From the NCBI GenBank assembly GCA_964106645.2, contig OZ067045.1: DNA of 64,000 nucleotides. One strand, given 5' to 3'. Below the pieces are notes generated by a model. The model was not told where the DNA came from and did no database searches. It worked only from the letters and a program-made list of their open reading frames with translations. Positions within the stretch are counted from its first letter, which is position 1, and each line of letters starts with the position of its first letter. Origin of the DNA: Podarcis pityusensis. Its lineage: Eukaryota. A program made the translations under genes and the position numbers. Below, one piece after another: positions 58,880 to 64,000 of the stretch.

Positions 58880-61800
58880 CTTGGCAAGTTTGGGGGCATC
58901 TTGGCATCTCTCTTCCCCACTGCCTTCAACCACACAGGTGGGTTCATCAGCATCCTTGCTTTCTCTGGTCATTTTTGAGGTTTCAGTGTCTTGCACAGGT
59001 GCTTTTCGCCTAGAGATATCCCTCTTGCTTTCTGTAAACTCTTGGTCTTGCAGCATCTGTGCCTCTGGCTCCATTTTCTTGTCTCCCATAGAACCAATGT
59101 GCCCCATCTCTTCTGCTTCTGCATCCACAGGCACTCCTTTGGCAACAGCACTTCCATAGTTTCTAGTTAGTTCCTGGACAGCATCCTCTTGTCTGAGCAA
59201 AGGCACAGAATGATAATGACTTATCTTGTCCTCTAAGATCTCTCTGTTTTGCACAGGTTCTGTCTTGAGTGCAGAAGGCCCTGAGGATTCTGTGTCATCT
59301 ACCTTAGTAGTAACATTAGCTTTTTGGACCTTTGAGATAATTGGTTCTTTGGCCTTTTCTTGAGATACACTTTCTTCCAGATTATCTACCTCTACCAAGG
59401 AATCTTGGTAAGTTCTAGTCTCTTGCTCTGTTAACTCTCTGGGTGAATCTGTCTTTGGGGTAACATTCACTTTCTGATCATCTGTGATGTTTGCTTTAAT
59501 TCTGTCTTGCTTGTTCTCTTTTCCAAATGCCTGTGGATCTAGTCTCTCAACCTCCACTTGTTCTATTGTGGTCTGGCTGCTGGTCACCCTGTCAGATATA
59601 TTCTCCTGGAATGATTCTAGAACCCCAGAGGCCAACTCCTCCTTGATCCTTCTCATCAAAGTTTCCTTGGAATCTGGGGTAGGAGGGGATGGCCTTTCTT
59701 GGGAAGAGTCACACACCCTAAGTGGTTCTGTTGGGGCAGCAGGCTGCTTTTTATTCTTTTTTGTTTTCTTCTTCTTGGTGCTTTTTAAGTCAATACTTTC
59801 TGAAGTGAGAAGATCCGAGGGTCTTAATTGAGATCCAGGGCTTGGTAGTTCAGTCTTGATGTCCACACACAGCAGCTCATCAGAGGCCTGTTTCTTGGGC
59901 TCTACAACTGTAGGAAGTCCTTCAGAATTTATGAAATCATTTTCTTCCTCCGTCTGACCTACAGAACTGAATTTCTTGGGTGCTGACACCTCCAGAGGTT
60001 CCAAGTGTACGATACCCTGAGCTTTCTTCTGGAGGACAATGGCTGCAGCATCACTCTCTTCCTGAGTAAATCTCTTGTCTTGTTCCTGGTCCCCATTAAT
60101 TGTCTGGTTCATCATCAAATTCATCCCAAACTTCTCCTCCTGAGACACAATTCCTTCCAATTTCTTTTCAATCACCTGATCGTTTCCTCCTTGCTTTTCC
60201 AATTCGCCTTTCTGGAGTTCTTTCCCTCTGAACTTGCTTTTCCTCCTAATATTTTTTTTCTGGGCTTTAACTTTCAGGGCATCAGCTGGGTCTAACATAT
60301 AGGCAAGCTCAGGTGCCAGCCTGCCTTCTGCTAAAAGCTGACTAGCCAAACTATCCAGTGCAGTAGGAAAAGGAAAGGAGGCTGGCACTGATTCAACCAT
60401 TTCTTTTGCCATCTCTTGAATCCCTTTTGAAGAGTTGTTAGTGGCATCACCAGTTAGGCTGCTCTCCATAGCTGAAGGCACTGGAGTCTCTTTCTCATCA
60501 TGATTCTCAGCAACATATTCACAAAAGCCTAACACTTCAGACATGGAGGTCCCATTCTGCAGCAACAGCTGAGGCTGCTGCTCTTCATGTTCTTCCAGGT
60601 TCTCACATTCAGATCTATTGTTGCTTATTGAAACACTTTCTTTAACTGTGCTGGCTAACTCCTCACTGACTAAGCCCCTCTCAACGGCCTCTTTTAACGT
60701 CACTCGTTCTCCACTCTTAGTACCAATAATTCCTCCAGCCAAGAGCTGATTAACAGCAATGGCTTTAGCTGTATCTTTATCTAGCACTTCTCGCTCCAAA
60801 GCAGATGCCAGTGTCAACCTTTGGCAAGTCGAAGTCTCCATGATGCCACCTGTGTCTGCTTGAGCCTGCAACAACCTCAATGCAAGCATGGGGTCTACCT
60901 TGTCAAGCTTAACTGCTTGTGGATATGAGAGTACATTCCCAGTCACTTCATCTTTGAGGTCTCGAAATGGAACAACTTCCAAGTATCTCTGCCCTGACTC
61001 AATGTCAATTTTGCTTTTCCTGACCAGTTCTGGATAGGAGACCAACCTACAGCTCTCTGGATCAATTATTGCATGCTTCATTTCAGAGGATGCAATGGCT
61101 TTTTCCATAACTGCTTTGGGCAAGAGTCCTTCCTTCACAGCTTTAGCCAATATAATCTTCTGGCCAGAAACAGGGTCGAATATGCTTCCAGTTGAGGCTT
61201 GTATTTCTTGAACATTTTTTTGAAAATCTGAGTTGACTAATCCCAGGGATACGGCTTGAGGCAAGGGCATAGGTTCCTTTGTTTCTGGATGAATGTACTG
61301 ATGCAAGCATATACTTTCTGCCTTTCTGAGATCTTCATAGAAGCCTTGGTCAATCAATCCATGTTCCACAGCATTCTCCACAGAAAGTCTCAAGCCTGTC
61401 TTGTGGTGAATAATCCCTCCATCAGCTATCTGCTTGGTCAGGAGTTGGAAGGCTTTCTCCTTGGCGAGAAATCCCTTTTCCACAACCTGGGTGATTGTCA
61501 AAGGTTCTTTAGTTTTAGGATCTAAGATGCCTCCTATTTCAGCCTGCAAAGTGATTAGCTTCTCTTTGGTTGCATCGTCAGCACCTTTCCCCTTAGATGC
61601 TTTCTCTAGTTTCTTAAGATCTTCTTGGGTAGATTGCTGTATGAGGCCATGGTTAGAAGCCAATGTGACTGACATTTTCTTGCCACGCTTGAAGTCAACA
61701 ATCCCACCGGTAACAACTTGCCCTTCCAGGATTCGTGCAGCGGTTTCTTTGTCCAGCAGACCAACCTCGGATGCATCCTTGATGGAGAGAATGGTTTTTT

Positions 61801-64000
61801 GAAGTGGATCTATAACACCACTTATGGCTTGATCAGATGCTAGCACCTTCTGCATAAGTTTCTCATCCATCAGTCCTTCACCAATTACTTCTTCGGTGGT
61901 TAATGATTCACAGGTCTCAGCATCAAAGAAGCCACTGAATATTTTCATCTTGTCCATCAGTTTGATGGCTGTATGGCTGGGTACAACTCCACAGGCAATG
62001 GACTCATCCAGGAGCATCTTCTTCCCTGTCTGTTCATGAATTATGCCACCATCCTGAAGCTGCATCAGCAATATTTTAAGGGTGCTGTCTTCTCCCAAGT
62101 CTGTGGACAGTTTTGGTGATGCAGAACTATCAGTTTGATGGAAATGATCCATTTTTCCTTCCGTACTCAACTGTTCTTCCATAATATGGTCATCTGTAGA
62201 TTTCCCTTCAGCTTGAAAAAGACTTTCAACTGATTCATTTCTCACTTTTCTAATACTTAGCCAGTTCACAGAGTCATCACCTGCTGCATCTTCTGCTGCA
62301 AGAGTGACATTTTCAATAGCATTATCCTTCAAATTTTGAGATTCCTCTAGTTTCTCCAAATCAACTGTGGATATAACAGTTTCTTTTTCAACAGGATATA
62401 TTTCAATACCAGTCTCCCACTCTTTGAAAACCATCTCTTCTGCCTGCATTTTTGCAAACATAACATTTTCACACAAGATCTCCACATTTGTGGATTCCAT
62501 TTCAAAGCTGGAGTCCTTGATGGATTTGGACTCTGGCAGTTCAATTTCATGCCTGCTCTGGTTCATTGTCAGGTTTTGCTCTCTTCTGGAGTCATCCATT
62601 TCACTTTTAAGGTTTCCTACAGAATCCTCTTTCATCTCTGGCATCTTTACATTCACACATTCTATTTCTTTCACTGGAAGTTTTCCAATTTCTATTTCAA
62701 GTGTTTTGTTAGATGGACAAATTTCTGAGGGCATATATCCTTCAAGCTCTTCTTTGGACACTGATAAATTAAATTCAAATTCCTTCAAAGCGAATTCATT
62801 ATGGGGTTTAGCAACCACAGTTATTGTCTTCCCATCCTCAAAATCATCCCATTGTTGGGGTTGGTTTTCACTAGTTTTTAAGGGATGGGCATTAGATCCA
62901 TTATCTTGAGCTGTAACAAGCATTTCAGCAAGGTTACTTAACTCCCCATCTACAAGCAGCAATTTTTGGCCATTGCTGATGTTGACATAGCTGTGAGTCA
63001 TCAAATGAAACAATGTCCTTTCTTCACAGCTTCTTAGTGGACATTTGCTTTGGTTCTTAAGGTCCCCTGGGCTATCTGAGGGGGGGATACTCCTTTCCTG
63101 CCTGCTTGGAGAATCTGCAAGGGGCATGTTTGGCATGACATCAGGAAGGTGGATTGATTTCAGTTTCTCAATGGCATCTCTGTCCAGAATCCCACGATCA
63201 GCAGCTTTCTTCCAGGTCAGGATCTCTCTGGTTTGGGGTATGAAAAGTGCCTCAATGTGTTGCCGTTTGCTTAGAATCTTATGGGCTAGCTCAGAAGACA
63301 AAATGCCCTGCTCCAGGGCATCTGTAACAGGGAGAATCTCACCTGACTTGGGCTGCAGAAGACCCATAAATGACCAAAGGGATTCTAGAATCACTACAGC
63401 AATTCTTGATGCTACTAAGTCTTTCCTCACTGCTTCATCCAGCGAAAGCCTGTCTCCTGTAACCGTATCTATAATGCCACCTGTCTGCAGCTGTCGGACC
63501 AGAAGGGCACAAGCCAGATCTTGGTCAATCAGATTATGTCTTATGGCTTCATCCACAGTCAGCCGGTGGCCGCTTTTGGGGTCCACAATGCCACCAGCAA
63601 AGAGCTGTGCTTCCAGCAACCTCACAGTCACCTGCTTCTCTATTAGCCCTTCCTGAACTGCACGGAAGATGCTCACTTTTCGGCCTGAAGTTAAGCTCAC
63701 CATCCCACCTGCCAGCTGTTTCACTGGGAGCAGCCTCAATCCTGTCTCCTGGTGAAGGATGCACTGCTCCATCAGGTCGCTCAAGCTAATTTTCTTGGCT
63801 GAATTGGGGTCAATCAAGTCCTTGCAAGACCTCAGACGGGAAACCAACTTCCCATGAAGGCGGGTGGTAATGCTTCCTCTTTGAAGAGCCTCTTCTAAGC
63901 TGATCCTGCTTTGACTGGAAGAGTCTATAAACCCACCAGTGAGAATCTGCACTTCTGCGATTTTCAGCCCAACGCTTTCACTGATGGTTCCATCTTCCAT
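58880..64000 (-). CDS. MACF1: MACF1 giant plectin-repeat exon (MACF1b-type), 5' part outside window
   Basis: At least 5121 bp open frame ending GCC AAG|gtaagt. Two clusters of plectin repeats (RLLEAQLFAGGIVDPKSGHRLTVDEAI; ~64000-63150 and ~62090-60650), separated and followed by acidic low-complexity linkers. Confidence 0.96.

Larger units (their letters stand above)
1..64000 (-). other. MACF1: MACF1 (microtubule-actin crosslinking factor 1) gene body, partial; both ends lie outside the window
   Basis: 22 minus-strand exons splice in frame into plectin repeats followed by spectrin repeats. Peptides such as DIQFFISEHAQDLSP, GSSVGSVNGYHTCK and [24 protein letters not shown] match recalled vertebrate MACF1. 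The nested KIAA0754-type exon is as in mammalian MACF1. Confidence 0.96.

Noticed and set aside
58851-63789. Plus-strand Ser-rich ORFs over the giant exon and other exons
   Set aside because: Antisense shadows of Glu/Lys/Leu-rich coding sequence.
1-64000. Assignment to the paralogue DST (dystonin/BPAG1)
   Set aside because: Recalled peptides (DIQFFISEHAQDLSP, TLQ..QQ exon, KIAA0754 N-terminus, two plectin-repeat clusters) fit MACF1 better. Reciprocal BLAST would confirm.

Overview
Vertebrate genomic DNA, most likely from a squamate. A Sauria SINE with a GGGA(C/T)GCGGGTGGCGCTGTGGGTTAAACC head suggests a lacertid lizard; this is inference. The whole window lies inside the spectraplakin gene MACF1 on the minus strand. 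I reconstructed 22 consecutive coding exons with GT-AG boundaries and consistent reading phases. They comprise the 3' 5.1 kb of the giant plectin-repeat (MACF1b-type) exon (58880->64000), four further b-type exons, and 17 spectrin-rod-region exons down to 25557, including a 63-nt frame-preserving cassette. The long intron below 25557 contains a CpG-island internal promoter (~2230-4010). It also contains a KIAA0754-type alternative first exon whose ORF starts at 1944 (MGKPLSRPDC..., N-myristoylation consensus) and stays open to the window edge; the ORF track missed it. Introns hold an internally deleted Chapaev3 DNA transposon (TIRs, 3-bp TSD), a full-length Sauria SINE with a 13-bp TSD, other SINE/CR1/L2/Penelope fragments and many palindromic MITEs. 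The best leads are a possible set of swappable N-termini in one phase-0 intron (KIAA0754 exon plus candidate micro first exons such as MTLAFWWE), a candidate poison exon at the MACF1a/b junction, three RFX X-box palindromes, a horizontal-transfer-prone Chapaev3 copy and a decayed Penelope hammerhead. Homology calls rest on recalled sequences, not on database searches.
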